From Gordius albopunctatus (taxonomy: Eukaryota), in contig OZ193910.1 in assembly GCA_964276515.1 (NCBI GenBank), positions 8,494,001 through 8,558,000 on the forward strand: a stretch of DNA of 64,000 nucleotides, written 5' to 3'. This document shows positions 1 through 15,000 of the stretch, piece by piece. Positions within the stretch are counted from its first letter, which is position 1; each line of letters begins with the position of its first letter. The translations under genes were made by a program, and so were the position numbers. The notes beneath the pieces are model-generated. The model had not been told where the DNA came from and searched no databases. It saw only the letters and a list, made by a program, of their open reading frames with translations.

Positions 1-3000
1 GATGAAAGTTGTTATTTTCAGACGTGATTTCCATGATAAAAAGTCAAAATTTATCAGAATTAGAGAACCATTACTTTTAAATCATCATCGCATAGAGCAT
101 GTTTCAAAAATTAAGCACTCACGTTGCGATACAACAAACTAATCGCAACAAGATAACGTTGTCTTTTCGCAAAATGATAGTTCTCGCAGCTTGAAACATC
201 TTATAAGGAGTCGATCGAGATTAATAGGATTCTCAAATGAGCTTACTTTTATATATTTTTTCAAGCTCTTTTACATAAAATAACAAAATATATAGTTTTT
301 CAGGTTAAAATACTTCACAATTTTTTCCTTTCGGCCATATTCAACCGATGAAAGTTGTTATTTTCAGACGTGATTTCCATGATAAAAAGTCAAAATTTAT
401 CAGAATTAGAGAACCATTACTTTTAAATCATCATCGCATAGAGCATGTTTCAAAAATTAAGCACTAACGTTGCGATACAACTAACTAATCGCAACAATAT
501 AACGTTGTATTTTCTCAAAATGATTGTTCTCGCAGCTTAAAACTTCTTATAAGGAGTCGATCGAGATTAATAGGATTCTCAAATGAGCTTACTTTTATAT
601 ATTTTTTCAAGCTCTTTTACATAAAATAACAAAATATATAGTTTTTCAGGTTAAAATAATTCACAATTTTTTCCTTTCGGCCATATTCAACCGATGAAAG
701 TTGTTATTTTCAGACGTGATTTCCATGATAAAAAGTCAAAATTTATCAGAATTAGATAACCATTACTTTTAAATCATCATCGCATAGAGCATGTTTCAAA
801 AATTAAGCACTAACGTTGCGATACAACTAACTAATCGCAACAATATAACGTTGTATTTTCTCAAAATGATTGTTCTCGCAGCTTAAAACTTCTTATAAGG
901 AGTCGATCGAGATTAATAGGATTCTCAAATGATCTTACTTTTATATATTTTTTCAAGCTCTTTTACATAAAATAACAAAAAATATATTTTTTCAGGTTAT
1001 AATAATTCACAATTTTTTCCTTTCAACCATATTCAACCGATGAAAGTTGTTATTTTCAGACGTGATTTCCATGATAAAAAGTTAAAATTTATCAGAATTA
1101 GAGAACCATTACTTTTAAATCATCATCGCATAGAGCATGTTTCAAAAATTAAGCACTAACGTTGCGATACAACTAACTAATCGCAACAATATAACGTTGT
1201 ATTTTCTCAAAATGATTGTTCTCGCAGCTTAAAACTTCTTATAAGGAGTCGATCGAGATTAATAGGATTCTCAAATGAGCTTACTTTTATATATTTTTTC
1301 AAGCTCTTTTACATAAAATAACAAAATATATAGTTTTTCAGGTTAAAATAATTCACAATTTTTTCCTTTCGGCCATATTCAACCGATGAAAGTTGTTATT
1401 TTCAGACGTGATTTCCATGATAAAAAGTCAAAATTTATCAGAATTAGAGAACCATTACTTTTAAATCATCATCGCATAGAGCATGTTTCAAAAATTAAGC
1501 ACTAACGTTGCGATACAACAAACTAATCGCAACAATATAACGTTGTCTTTTCTAAAAATGATTGTTCTCGCAGCTTAAAACTTCTTATAAGGAGTCGATC
1601 GAGATTAATAGGATTCTCAAATGAGCTTACTTTTATATATTTTTTCAAGCTCTTTTACATAAAATAACAAAATATATAGTTTTTCAGGTTAAAATAATTC
1701 ACAATTTTTTCCTTTCGGCCATATTCAACCGATGAAAGTTGTTATTTTCAGACGTGATTTCCATGATAAAAAGTTAAAATTTATCAGAATTAGAGAACTA
1801 TTACTTTTAAATCATCATCGCATAGAGCATGTTTCAAAAATTAAGCACTCACGTTCCGATACAACAAACTAATCGCAACAAGATAACGTTGTCTTTTCGC
1901 AAAATGATAGTTCTCGCAGCTTGAAACATCTTATAAGGAGTCGATCGAGATTAATAGGATTCTCAAATCAGCTTACTTTTATATATTTTTTCAAGCTCTT
2001 TTACATAAAATAACAAAAAATATATTTTTTAAGGTTAAAATAATTCACAATTTTTTCCTTTCAACCATATTCAACAGAAGAAAGTTGTTATTTTCAGACG
2101 AGATTTCCATGATAAAAAGTTAAAATTTATCAGAATTAGAGAACCATTACTTTTAAATCATCATCGCATACAGCATGTTTTAAAAATTAAGCACTAACGT
2201 TGCGATACAACTAATCGCAACAATATAACGTTGTCTTTTCTCAAAATGATTGTTCTCGCAGCTTAAAACTTCTTATAAGGAGTCGATCGAGATTAATAGG
2301 ATTCTCAAATGAGCTTACTTTTATATATTTTTTCAAGCTCTTTTACATAAAATAACAAAAAATATATTTTTTCAGGTTAAAATAATTCACAATTTTTTCC
2401 TTTCAACCATATTCAACCGATGAAAGTTGTTATTTTCAGACGTGATTTCCACGATAAAAAGTCAAAATTTATCAGAATTAGAGAACTATTACTTTTAAAT
2501 CATCATCGCATAGAGCATGTTTCAAAAATTAAGCACTAACGTTGCGATACAACTAATCGCAACAATATAACGTTGTATTTTCTCAAAATGATTGTTCTCG
2601 CAGCTTAAAACTTCTTATAAGGAGTCGATCGAGAATAATAGGATTCTCAAATGAGCTTACTTTTATATATTTTTTCAAGCTCTTTTACATAAAATAACAA
2701 AAAATATATTTTTTCAGGTTAAAATAATTCACAATTTTTTCCTTTCAACCATATTCAACCGATGAAAGTTGTTATTTTCAGACGTGATTTCCATGATAAA
2801 AAGTCAAAATTTATCATAATTAGAAAACTATTACTTTGAAATCATCATCGCATAGAGCATGTTTCAAAAATTAAGCACTAACGTTGCGATACAACTAACT
2901 AATCGCAACAATATAACGTTGTCTTTTCTTAAAATGATTGTTCTCGCAGCTTAAAACTTCTTATAAGGAGTCGATCGAGATTAATAGGATTCTCAAATCA

Positions 3001-6000
3001 GCTTACTTTTATATATTTTTTCAAGCTCTTTTACATAAAATAACAAAAAATATATTTTTTCAGGTTAAAATAATTCACAATTTTTTCCTTTCAACCATAT
3101 TCAACAGAAGAAAGTTGTTATTTTCAGACGAGATTTCCATGATAAAAAGTTAAAATTTATCAGAATTAGAGAACCATTACTTTTAAATCATCATCGCATA
3201 CAGCATGTTTTAAAAATTAAGCACTAACGTTGCGATACAACTAATCGCAACAATATAACGTTGTCTTTTCTCAAAATGATTGTTCTCGCAGTTTAAAACT
3301 TCTTATAAGGAGTAGATCGAGATTAATAGGATTCTCAAATGAGCTTACTTTTATATATTTTTTCAGGCTCTTTTACATAAAATAACAAAATATATTTTTT
3401 TTCAGGTTAAAATAATTCACAATTTTTTCCTTTCAACCATATTCAACAGATGAAAGTTGTTATTTTCAGACGAGATTTCCATGATAAAAAGTTAAAATTT
3501 ATCAGAATTAGAGAACCATTACTTTTAAATCATCATCGCATACAGCATGTTTTAAAAATTAAGCACTAACGTTGCGATACAACTAATCGCAACAATATAA
3601 CGTTGTCTTTTCTCAAAATGATTGTTCTCGCAGTTTAAAACTTCTTATAAGGAGTAGATCGAGATTAATAGGATTCTCAAATGAGCTTACTTTTATATAT
3701 TTTTTCAGGCTCTTTTACATAAAATAACAAAATATATTTTTTTTCAGGTTAAAATAATTCACAATTTTTTCCTTTCGGCCATATTCAACCGATGAAAGTT
3801 GTTATTTTCAGACGTGATTTCCACGATAAAAAGTCAAAATTTATCAGAATTAGAGAACTATTACTTTTAAATCATCATCGCATAGAGCATGTTTCAAAAA
3901 TTAAGCACTAACGTTGCGATACAACAAACTAATCGCAACAATATAACGTCGTCTTTTCTCAAAATGATTGTTCTCGCAGCTTAAAACTTCTTCTAAAGTC
4001 AATCGAGGATAAAAGGTTTCTCAAATTGGCTTACTTTAATATATTTTTTCAAGCTCTTTTACATAAAATAACAAAAAATATATTTTTTCAGGTTAAAATA
4101 ATTCACAATTTTTTCCTTTCAACCATATTCAACCGATGAAAGTTGTTATTTTCAGACGTGATTTCCACGATAAAAAGTCAAAATTTATCAGAATTAGAGA
4201 ACTATTACTTTTAAATCATCATCGCATAGAGCATGTTTCAAAAATTAAGCACTAACGTTGCGATACAACTAATCGCAACAATATAACGTTGTATTTTCTC
4301 AAAATGATTGTTCTCGCAGCTTAAAACTTCTTATAAGGAGTCGATCGAGAATAATAGGATTCTCAAATGAGCTTACTTTTATATATTTTTTCAAGCTCTT
4401 TTACATAAAATAACAAAAAATATATTTTTTCAGGATAAAATAATTCACAATTTTTTCCTTTCAACCATATTCAACCGATGAAAGTTGTTATTTTCAGACG
4501 TGATTTCCATGATAAAAAGTCAAAATTTATCAGAATTAGAAAACTATTACTTTGAAATCATCATCGCATAGAGCATGTTTAAATAATTAAGCACTCACGT
4601 TGCGATACAACTAATCGCAACAATATAACGTTGTCTTTTCTCAAAATGATTGTTCTCGCAGCTTAAAACTTCTAATAAGGAGTCGATCGAGATTAATAGG
4701 ATTCTCAAATGAGCTTACCTTTATATATTTTTTCAAGCTCTTTTACATAAAATAACAAAATATATATTTTTTCAGGTTAAAATAATTCACAATTTTTTCC
4801 TTTCAACCATATTCAACCGATGAAAGTTGTTATTTTCAGACGTGATTTCCACGATAAAAAGTCAAAATTTATCAGAATTAGAGAACTATTACTTTTAAAT
4901 CATCATCGCATAGAGCATGTTTCAAAAATTAAGCACTAACGTTGCGATACAACTAATCGCAACAATATAACGTTGTATTTTCTCAAAATGATTGTTCTCG
5001 CAGCTTAAAACTTCTTATAAGGAGTCGATCGAGAATAATAGGATTCTCAAATGAGCTTACTTTTATATATTTTTTCAAGCTCTTTTACATAAAATAACAA
5101 AAAATATATTTTTTCAGGATAAAATAATTCACAATTTTTTCCTTTCAACCATATTCAACCGATGAAAGTTGTTATTTTCAGACGTTATTTCCACGATAAA
5201 AAGTCAAAATTTATCAGAATTAGAGAACTATTACTTTTAAATCATCATCGCATAGAGCATGTTTCAAAAATTGAGCACTAACGTTGCGATACAACAAACT
5301 AATCGCAACAATATAACGTTGTCTTTTCTCAAAATGATTGTTCTCGCAGCTTAAAACTTCTTTCTGAAGTCAATCGAGGATAAAAGGTTTCTCAAATTGG
5401 CTTACTTTAATATATTTTTTCAAGCTCTTTTACATAAAATAACAAAAAATTTATTTTTTCAGGTTAAAATAATTCACAATTTTTATCTTTCAACCATATT
5501 CAACCGATAAAAGTTGTTATTTTCAGACGTGATTTCCACGATAAAAAGTCAAAATTTATCAGAATTAGAGAACTATTACTTTTAAATCATCATCGCATAG
5601 AGCATGTTTCAAAAATTAAGCACTAACGTTGCGATACAACAAACTCATCGCAACAATATAACGTTGTCTTTTCTCAAAATGATTGTTCTCGCAGCTTAAA
5701 ACTTCTTTCTAAAGTCAATCGAGGATAAAAGGTTTCTCAAATTGGCTTACTTTAAAATATTTTTTCAAGCTCTTTTACATAAAATAACAAAAAATATATT
5801 TTTTCAGGATAAAATAATTCACAATTTATTCCTTTCAACCATATTCAACCGATGAAAGTTGTTATTTTCAGACGTGATTTCCATGATAAAAAGTCAAAAT
5901 TTATCAGAATTAGAAAACTATTACTTTGAAATCATCATCGCATAGAGCATGTTTAAATAATTAAGCACTCACGTTGCGATACAACTAATCGCAACAATAT

Positions 6001-9000
6001 AACGTTGTCTTTTCTCAAAATGATTGTTCTCGCAGCTTAAAACTTCTAATAAGGAGTCGATCGAGATTAATAGGATTCTCAAATGAGCTTACTTTTATAT
6101 ATTTTTTCAAGCTCTTTTACATAAAATAACAAAATATATATTTTTTCAGGTTAAAATAATTCACAATTTTTTCCTTTCAACCATATTCAACCGATGAAAG
6201 TTGTTATTTTCAGACGTGATTTCCATGATAAAAAGTAAAAATTTATCAGAATTAGAAAACTATTACTTTGAAATCATCATCGCATAGAGCATGTTTAAAT
6301 AATTAAGCACTCACGTTGCGATACAACTAATCGCAACAATATAACGTTGTCTTTTCTCAAAATGATTGTTCTCGCAGCTTAAAACTTCTAATAAGGAGTC
6401 GATCGAGATTAATAGGATTCTCAAATGAGCTTACTTTTATATATTTTTTCAAGCTCTTTTACATAAAATAACAAAATATATATTTTTTCAGGTTAAAATA
6501 ATTCACAATTTTTTCCTTTCAACCATATTCAACAGATGAAAGTTGTTATTTTCAGACGAGATTTCCACGATAAAAAGTCAAAATTTATCAGAATTAGAGA
6601 ACTATTACTTTTAAATCATCATCGCATAGAGCATGTTTCAAAAATTAAGCACTAACGTTGCGATACAACAAACTAATCGCAACAATATAACGTTGTCTTT
6701 TCTCAAAATGATTGTTCTCGCAGCTTAAAACTTCTTTCTAAAGTCAATCGAGGATAAAAGGTTTCTCAAATTGGCTTACTTTAAAATATTTTTTCAAGCT
6801 CTTTTACATAAAATAACAAAAAATATATTTTTTCAGGATAAAATAATTCACAATTTTTTCCTTTCAACCATATTCAACCGATGAAAGTTGTTATTTTCAG
6901 ACGTGATTTCCATGATAAAAAGTCAAAATTTATCAGAATTAGAAAACTATTACTTTGAAATCATCATCGCATAGAGCATGTTTAAATAATTAAGCACTCA
7001 CGTTGCGATACAACTAATCGCAACAATATAACGTTGTCTTTTCTCAAAATGATTGTTCTCGCAGCTTAAAACTTCTAATAAGGAGTCGATCGAGATTAAT
7101 AGGATTCTCAAATGAGCTTACTTTTATATATTTTTTCAAGCTCTTTTACATAAAATAACAAAATATATATTTTTTCAGGTTAAAATAATTCACAATTTTT
7201 TCCTTTCAACCATATTCAACAGATGAAAGTTGTTATTTTCAGACGAGATTTCCACGATAAAAAGTCAAAATTTATCAGAATTAGAGAACTATTACTTTTA
7301 AATCATCATCGCATAGAGCATGTTTCAAAAATTAAGCACTAACGTTGCGATACAACTAATCGCAACAATATAACGTTGTATTTTCTCAAAATGATTGTTC
7401 TCGCAGCTTAAAACTTCTTATAAGGAGTCTATCGAGATTAATAGGATTCTCAAATGAGCTTACTTTTATATATTTTTTCAAGCTCTTTTACATAAAATAA
7501 CAAAAAATATATTTTTTCAGGATAAAATAATTCACAATTTTTTCCTTTCAACCATATTCAACCGATGAAAGTTGTTATTTTCAGACGTGATTTCCATGAT
7601 AAAAAGTCAAAATTTATCAGAATTAGAAAACTATTACTTTGAAATCATCATCGCATAGAGCATGTTTCAAAAATTAAGCACTAACGTTGCGATACAACAA
7701 ACTCATCGCAACAATATAACGTTGTCTTTTCTCAAAATGATTGTTCTCGCAGCTTAAAACTTCTTTCTAAAGTCAATCGAGGATAAAAGGTTTCTCAAAT
7801 TGGCTTACTTTAAAATATTTTTTCAAGCTCTTTTACATAAAATAACAAAAAATATATTTTTTCAGGATAAAATAATTCACAATTTATTCCTTTCAACCAT
7901 ATTCAACCGATGAAAGTTGTTATTTTCAGACGTGATTTCCATGATAAAAAGTCAAAATTTATCAGAATTAGAAAACTATTACTTTGAAATCATCATCGCA
8001 TAGAGCATGTTTAAATAATTAAGCACTCACGTTGCGATACAACTAATCGCAACAATATAACGTTGTCTTTTCTCAAAATGATTGTTCTCGCAGCTTAAAA
8101 CTTCTAATAAGGAGTCGATCGAGATTAATAGGATTCTCAAATGAGCTTACTTTTATATATTTTTTCAAGCTCTTTTACATAAAATAACAAAATATATATT
8201 TTTTCAGGTTAAAATAATTCACAATTTTTTCCTTTCAACCATATTCAACCGATGAAAGTTGTTATTTTCAGACGTGATTTCCATGATAAAAAGTAAAAAT
8301 TTATCAGAATTAGAAAACTATTACTTTGAAATCATCATCGCATAGAGCATGTTTAAATAATTAAGCACTCACGTTGCGATACAACTAATCGCAACAATAT
8401 AACGTTGTCTTTTCTCAAAATGATTGTTCTCGCAGCTTAAAACTTCTAATAAGGAGTCGATCGAGATTAATAGGATTCTCAAATGAGCTTACTTTTATAT
8501 ATTTTTTCAAGCTCTTTTACATAAAATAACAAAATATATATTTTTTCAGGTTAAAATAATTCACAATTTTTTCCTTTCGGCCATATTCAACCGATGAAAG
8601 TTGTTATTTTCAGACGTGATTTCCACGATAAAAAGTCAAAATTTATCAGAATTAGAGAACTATTACTTTTAAATCATCATCGCATAGAGCATGTTTCAAA
8701 AATTAAGCACTAACGTTGCGATACAACAAACTAATCGCAACAATATAACGTTGTCTTTTCTCAAAATGATTGTTCTCGCAGCTTAAAACTTCTTTCTGAA
8801 GTCAATCGAGGATAAAAGGTTTCTCAAATTGGCTTACTTTAATATATTTTTTCAAGCTCTTTTACATAAAATAACAAAAAATTTATTTTTTCAGGTTAAA
8901 ATAATTCACAATTTTTTCATTTCGGCCATATTCAACCGATGAAAGTTGTTATTTTCAGACGTGATTTCCACGATAAAAAGTCAAAATTTATCAGAATTAG

Positions 9001-12000
9001 AGAACTATTACTTTTAAATCATCATCGCATAGAGCATGTTTCAAAAATTAAGCACTAACGTTGCGATACAACAAACTAATCGCAACAATATAACGTTGTC
9101 TTTTCTCAAAATGATTGTTCTCGCAGCTTAAAACTTCTTTCTAAAGTCAATCGAGGATAAAAGGTTTCTCAAATTGGCTTACTTTAAAATATTTTTTCAA
9201 GCTCTTTTACATAAAATAACAAAAAATATATTTTTTAAGGATAAAATAATTCACAATTTTTTCCTTTCAACCATATTCAACCGATGAAAGTTGTTATTTT
9301 CAGACGTGATTTCCATGATAAAAAGTCAAAATTTATCAGAATTAGAAAACTATTACTTTGAAATCATCATCGCATAGAGCATGTTTAAATAATTAAGCAC
9401 TCACGTTGCGATACAACTAATCGCAACAATATAACGTTGTCTTTTCTCAAAATGATTGTTCTCGCAGCTTAAAACTTCTAATAAGGAGTCGATCGAGATT
9501 AATAGGATTCTCAAATGAGTTTACTTTTATATATTTTTTCAAGCTCTTATACATAAAATAACAAAATATATATTTTTTCAGGTTAAAATAATTCACAATT
9601 TTTTCATTTCGGCCATATTCAACCGATGAAAGTTGTTATTTTCAGACGTGATTTCCACGATAAAAAGTCAAAATTTATCAGAATTAGAGAACTATTACTT
9701 TGAAATCATCATCGCATAGAGCATGTTTAAATAATTAAGCACTCACGTTGCGATACAACTAATCGCAACAATATAACGTTGTCTTTTCTCAAAATGATTG
9801 TTCTCGCAGCTTAAAACTTCTAATAAGGAGTCGATCGAGAATAATAGGATTCTCAAATGAGCTTACTTTTATATATTTTTTCAAGCTCTTTTACATAAAA
9901 TAACAAAAAATATATTTTTTCAGGTTAAAATAATTCACAATTTTTTCCTTTCAACCATATTCAACCGATGAAAGTTGTTATTTTCAGACGTGATTTCCAT
10001 GATAAAAAGTCAAAATTTATCAGAATTAGAAAACTATTACTTTGAAATCATCATCGCATAGAGCATGTTTAAATAATTAAGCACTCACGTTGCGATACAA
10101 CTAATCGCAACAATATAACGTTGTCTTTTCTCAAAATGATTGTTCTCGCAGCTTAAAACTTCTTTCTAAAGTCAATCGAGGATAAAAGCTTTCTCAAATT
10201 GGCTTACTTTAAAATATTTTTTCAAGCTCTTTTACATAAAATAACAAAATATATATTTTTTAGGTTAAAATAATTCACAATTTTTTACTTTCGGCCATAT
10301 TCAACCGATGAAAGTTGTTATTTTCAGACGTGATTTCCATGATAAAAAGTCAAAATTTATCAGAATTAGAAAACTATTACTTTGAAATCATCATCGCATA
10401 GAGCATGTTTAAATAATTAAGCACTCACGTTGCGATACAACTAATCGCAACAATATAACGTTGTCTTTTCTCAAAATGATTGTTCTCGCAGCTTAAAACT
10501 TCTAATAAGGAGTCGATCGAGAATAATAGGATTCTCAAATGAGCTTACTTTTATATATTTTTTCAAGCTCTTTTACATAAAATAACAAAAAAAATATTTT
10601 TTCAGGTTATAATAATTCACAATTTTTTCCTTTCAACCATATTCAACCGATGAAAGTTGTTATTTTCAGACGTGATTTCCATGATAAAAAGTCAAAATTT
10701 ATCAGAATTAGAAAACTATTACTTTGAAATCATCATCGCATAGAGCATGTTTAAATAATTAAGCACTCACGTTGCGATACAACTAATCGCAACAATATAA
10801 CGTTGTCTTTTCTCAAAATGATTGTTCTCGCAGCTTAAAACTTCTAATAAGGAGTCGATCGAGAATAATAGGATTCTCAAATGAGCTTACTTTTATATAT
10901 TTTTTCAAGCTCTTTTACATAAAATAACAAAAAATATATTTTTTCAGGTTAAAATAATTCACAATTTTTTCCTTTCAACCATATTCAACCGATGAAAGTT
11001 GTTATTTTCAGACGTGATTTCCATGATAAAAAGTCAAAATTTATCAGAATTAGAAAACTATTACTTTGAAATCATCATCGCATAGAGCATGTTTAAATAA
11101 TTAAGCACTCACGTTGCGATACAACTAATCGCAACAATATAACGTTGTCTTTTCTCAAAATGATTGTTCTCGCAGCTTAAAACTTCTTATAAGGAGTCGA
11201 TCGAGATTAATAGGATTCTCAAATGAGCTTACTTTTATATATTTTTTCAAGCTCTTTTACATAAAATAACAAAAAATATATTTTTTCAGGTTAAAATAAT
11301 TCACAATTTTTTCCTTTCAACCATATTAGACCGATGATAGTTGTTATTTTCAGACGTGATTTCCATGATAAAAAGTCAAAATTTATCAGAATTAGAAAAC
11401 TATTACTTTGAAATCATCATCGCATAGAGCACGTTTAAATAATTAAGCACTCACGTTGCGATACAACTAATCGCAACAATATAACGTTGTCTTTTCTCAA
11501 AATGATTGTTCTCGCAGCTTAAAACTTCTAATAGGGAGTCGATCGAGAATAATAGGATTCTCAAATGAGCTTACTTTTATATATTTTTTCAAGCTCTTTT
11601 ACATAAAATAACAAAATATATATTTTTTTAGGTTAAAATAATTCACAATTTTTTCCTTTCGGCCATATTCAACCGATGAAAGTTGTTATTTTCAGACGTG
11701 ATTTCCACGATAAAAAGTCAAAATTTATCAGAATTAGAGAACTATTACTTTTAAATCATCATCGCATAGAGCATGTTTCAAAAATTAAGCACTAACGTTG
11801 CGATAAAACAAACTAATCGCAACAATATAACGTTGTCTTTTCTCAAAATGATTGTTCTCGCAGCTTAAAACTTCTTTCTAAAGTCAATCGAGGATAAAAG
11901 GTTTCTCAAATTGGCTTACTTTAAAATATTTTTTCAAGCTCTTTTACATAAAATAACAAAAAATATATTTTTTCAGGATAAAATAATTCACAATTTTTTC

Positions 12001-15000
12001 CTTTCAACCATATTCAACCGATGAAAGTTGTTATTTTCAGACGTGATTTCCATGATAAAAAGTCAAAATTTATCAGAATTAGAGAACTATTACTTTTAAA
12101 TCATCATCGCATAGAGCATGTTTCAAAAATTAAGCACTAACGTTGCGATACAACAAACTAATCGCAACAATATAACGTTGTCTTTTCTCAAAATGATTGT
12201 TCTCGCAGCTTAAAACTTCTTTCTAAAGTCAATCGAGGATAAAAGGTTTCTCAAATTGGCTTACTTTAAAATATTTTTTCAAGCTCTTTTACATAAAATA
12301 ACAAAATATATATTTTTTTAGGTTAAAATAATTCACAATTTTTTACTTTCGGCCATATTCAACCTATGAAAGTTGTTATTTTCAGACGTTATTTCCACGA
12401 TAAAAAGTCAAAATTTATCAGAATTAGAGAACTATTACTTTTAAATCATCATCGCATAGAGCATGTTTCAAAAATTAAGCACTAACGTTGCGATACAACA
12501 AACTAATCGCAAAAATATAACGTTGTCTTTTCTCAAAATGATTGTTCTCGCAGCTTAAAACTTCTTTCTAAAGTCAATCGAGGATAAAAGGTTTCTCAAA
12601 TTGGCTTACTTTAAAATATTTTTTCAAGCTCTTTTACATAAATACACAAAAAATATATTTTTTCAGGTTAAAATAATTCACAATTTTTTCCTTTCAACCA
12701 TATTCAACCGATGAAAGTTGTTATTTTCAGACGTGATTTCCATGATAAAAAGTCAAAATTTATCAGAATTAGAAAACTATTACTTTGAAATCATCATCGC
12801 ATAGAGCATGTTTAAATAATTAAGCACTCACGTTGTGATACAACTAATCGCAACAATATAACGTTGTCTTTTCTCAAAATGATTGTTCTCGCAGCTTAAA
12901 ACTTCTAATAAGGAGTCGATCGAGAATAATAGGATTCTCAAATGAGCTTACTTTTATATATTTTTTCAAGCTCTTTTACATAAAATAACAAAATATATTT
13001 TTTTTCAGGTTAAAATAATTCACAATTTTTTCCTTTCGGCCATATTCAACTGATGAAAGTTGTTTTTTTCAGACGTGATTTCCATGATAAAAAGTCAAAA
13101 TTTATCAGAATTAGAAAACTATTACTTTGAAATCATCATCGCATAGAGCATGTTTAAATAATTAAGCACTCACGTTGCGATACAACTAATCGCAACAATA
13201 TAATGTTGTCTTTTCTCAAAATGATTGTTCTCGCAGCTTAAAACTTCTTTCTAAAGTCGATCGAGGATAAAAGGTTTCTCAAATTGGCTTACTTTAAAAT
13301 ATTTTTTCAAGCTCTTTTACATAAAATAACAAAAAATATATTTTTTCAGGATAAAATAATTCACAATTTTTTCCTTTCAACCATATTCAACCGATGAAAG
13401 TTGTTATTTTCAGACGTGATTTCCATGATAAAAAGTCAAAATTCATCAGAATTAGAAAACTATTACTTTGAAATCATCATCGCATAGAGCATGTTTAAAT
13501 AATTAAGCACTCACGTTGCGATACAACTAATCGCAACAATATAACGTTGTCTTTTCTCAAAATGATTGTTCTCGCAGCTTAAAACTTCTAATAAGGAGTC
13601 GATCGAGAATAATAGGATTCTCAAATGAGCTTACTTTTATATATTTTTTCAAGCTCTTTTACATAAAATAACAAAATATATTTTTTTTCAGGTTAAAATA
13701 ATTCACAATTTTTTCCTTTCGGCCATATTCAACCGATGAAAGTTGTTTTTTTCAGACGTGATTTCCATGATAAAAAGTCAAAATTTATCAGAATTAGAAA
13801 ACTATTACTTTGAAATCATCATCGCATAGAGCATGTTTAAATAATTAAGCACTCACGTTGCGATACAACTAATCGCAACAATATAACGTTGTCTTTTCTC
13901 AAAATGATTGTTCTCGCAGCTTAAAACTTCTAATAAGGAGTCGATCGAGAATAATAGGATTCTCAAATGAGCTTACTTTTATATATTTTTTCAAGCTCTT
14001 TTACATAAAATAACAAAAAATATATTTTTTCAGGTTAAAATAATTCACAATTTTTTCCTTTCAACCATATTCAACCGATGAAAGTTGTTATTTTCAGACG
14101 TGATTTCCATGATAAAAAGTTAAAATTTATCAGAATTAGAGAACCATTACTTTTAAATCATCATCGCATACAGCATGTTTTAAAAATTAAGCACTAACGT
14201 TGCGATACAACTAATCGCAACAATATAACGTTGTCTTTTCTCAAAATGATTGTTCTCGCAGCTTAAAACTTCTAATAAGGAGTCGATCGAGAATAATAGG
14301 ATTCTCAAATGAGCTTACTTTTATATATTTTTTCAAGCTCTTTTACATAAAATAACAAAATATATTTTTTTTTAGGTTAAAATAATTCACAATTTCTTCC
14401 TTTCGGCCATATTCAACCGATGAAAGTTGTTATTTTCAGACGTGATTTCCACGATAAAAAGTCAAAATTTATCAGAATTAGAGAACTATTACTTTTAAAT
14501 CATCATCGCATAGAGCATGTTTCAAAAATTAAGCACTAACGTTGCGATACAACAAACTAATCGCAACAATATAACGTTGTCTTTTCTCAAAATGATTGTT
14601 CTCGCAGCTTAAAACTTCTTTCTAAAGTCAATCGAGGATAAAAGGTTTCTCAAATTGGCTTACTTTAAAATATTTTTTCAAGCTCTTTTACATAAAATAA
14701 CAAAAAATATATTTTTTCAGGATAAAATAATTCACAATTTTTTCCTTTCAACCATATTCAACCGATGAAAGTTGTTATTTTCAGACGTGATTTCCATGAT
14801 AAAAAGTCAAAATTTATCAGAATTAGAGAACTATTACTTTTAAATCATCATCGCATAGAGCATGTTTCAAAAATTAAGCACTAACGTTGCGATACAACAA
14901 ACTAATCGCAACAATATAACGTTGTCTTTTCTCAAAATGATTGTTCTCGCAGCTTAAAACTTCTTTCTAAAGTCAATCGAGGATAAAAGGTTTCTCAAAT

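Noticed and set aside
95..260. Spliced-leader RNA gene array hypothesis (minus strand: aa|gtaagc donor, hairpin, Sm-like aatttttga)
   Set aside because: The leader would end in AAAA rather than AG/AUG, the donor-to-Sm distance is long, and the Sm-like site is lost in the very common gtttaaataatt variant. There is no match to SL sequences I know. 5' ends of mRNAs would settle it.
286..367. Splice-like signals in each monomer (tttttcag|gttaaa ... ttttcag), suggesting a tandem exon array
   Set aside because: The putative exons contain stops. The GT or AG is destroyed in many copies (caggat, cacgtt, catgtt), and such motifs are common in T-rich DNA.
2938..3153. 71-aa ORF within the satellite
   Set aside because: Chance open frame in one monomer variant (tga to tca); equivalent frames are closed in most copies and there is no protein similarity.
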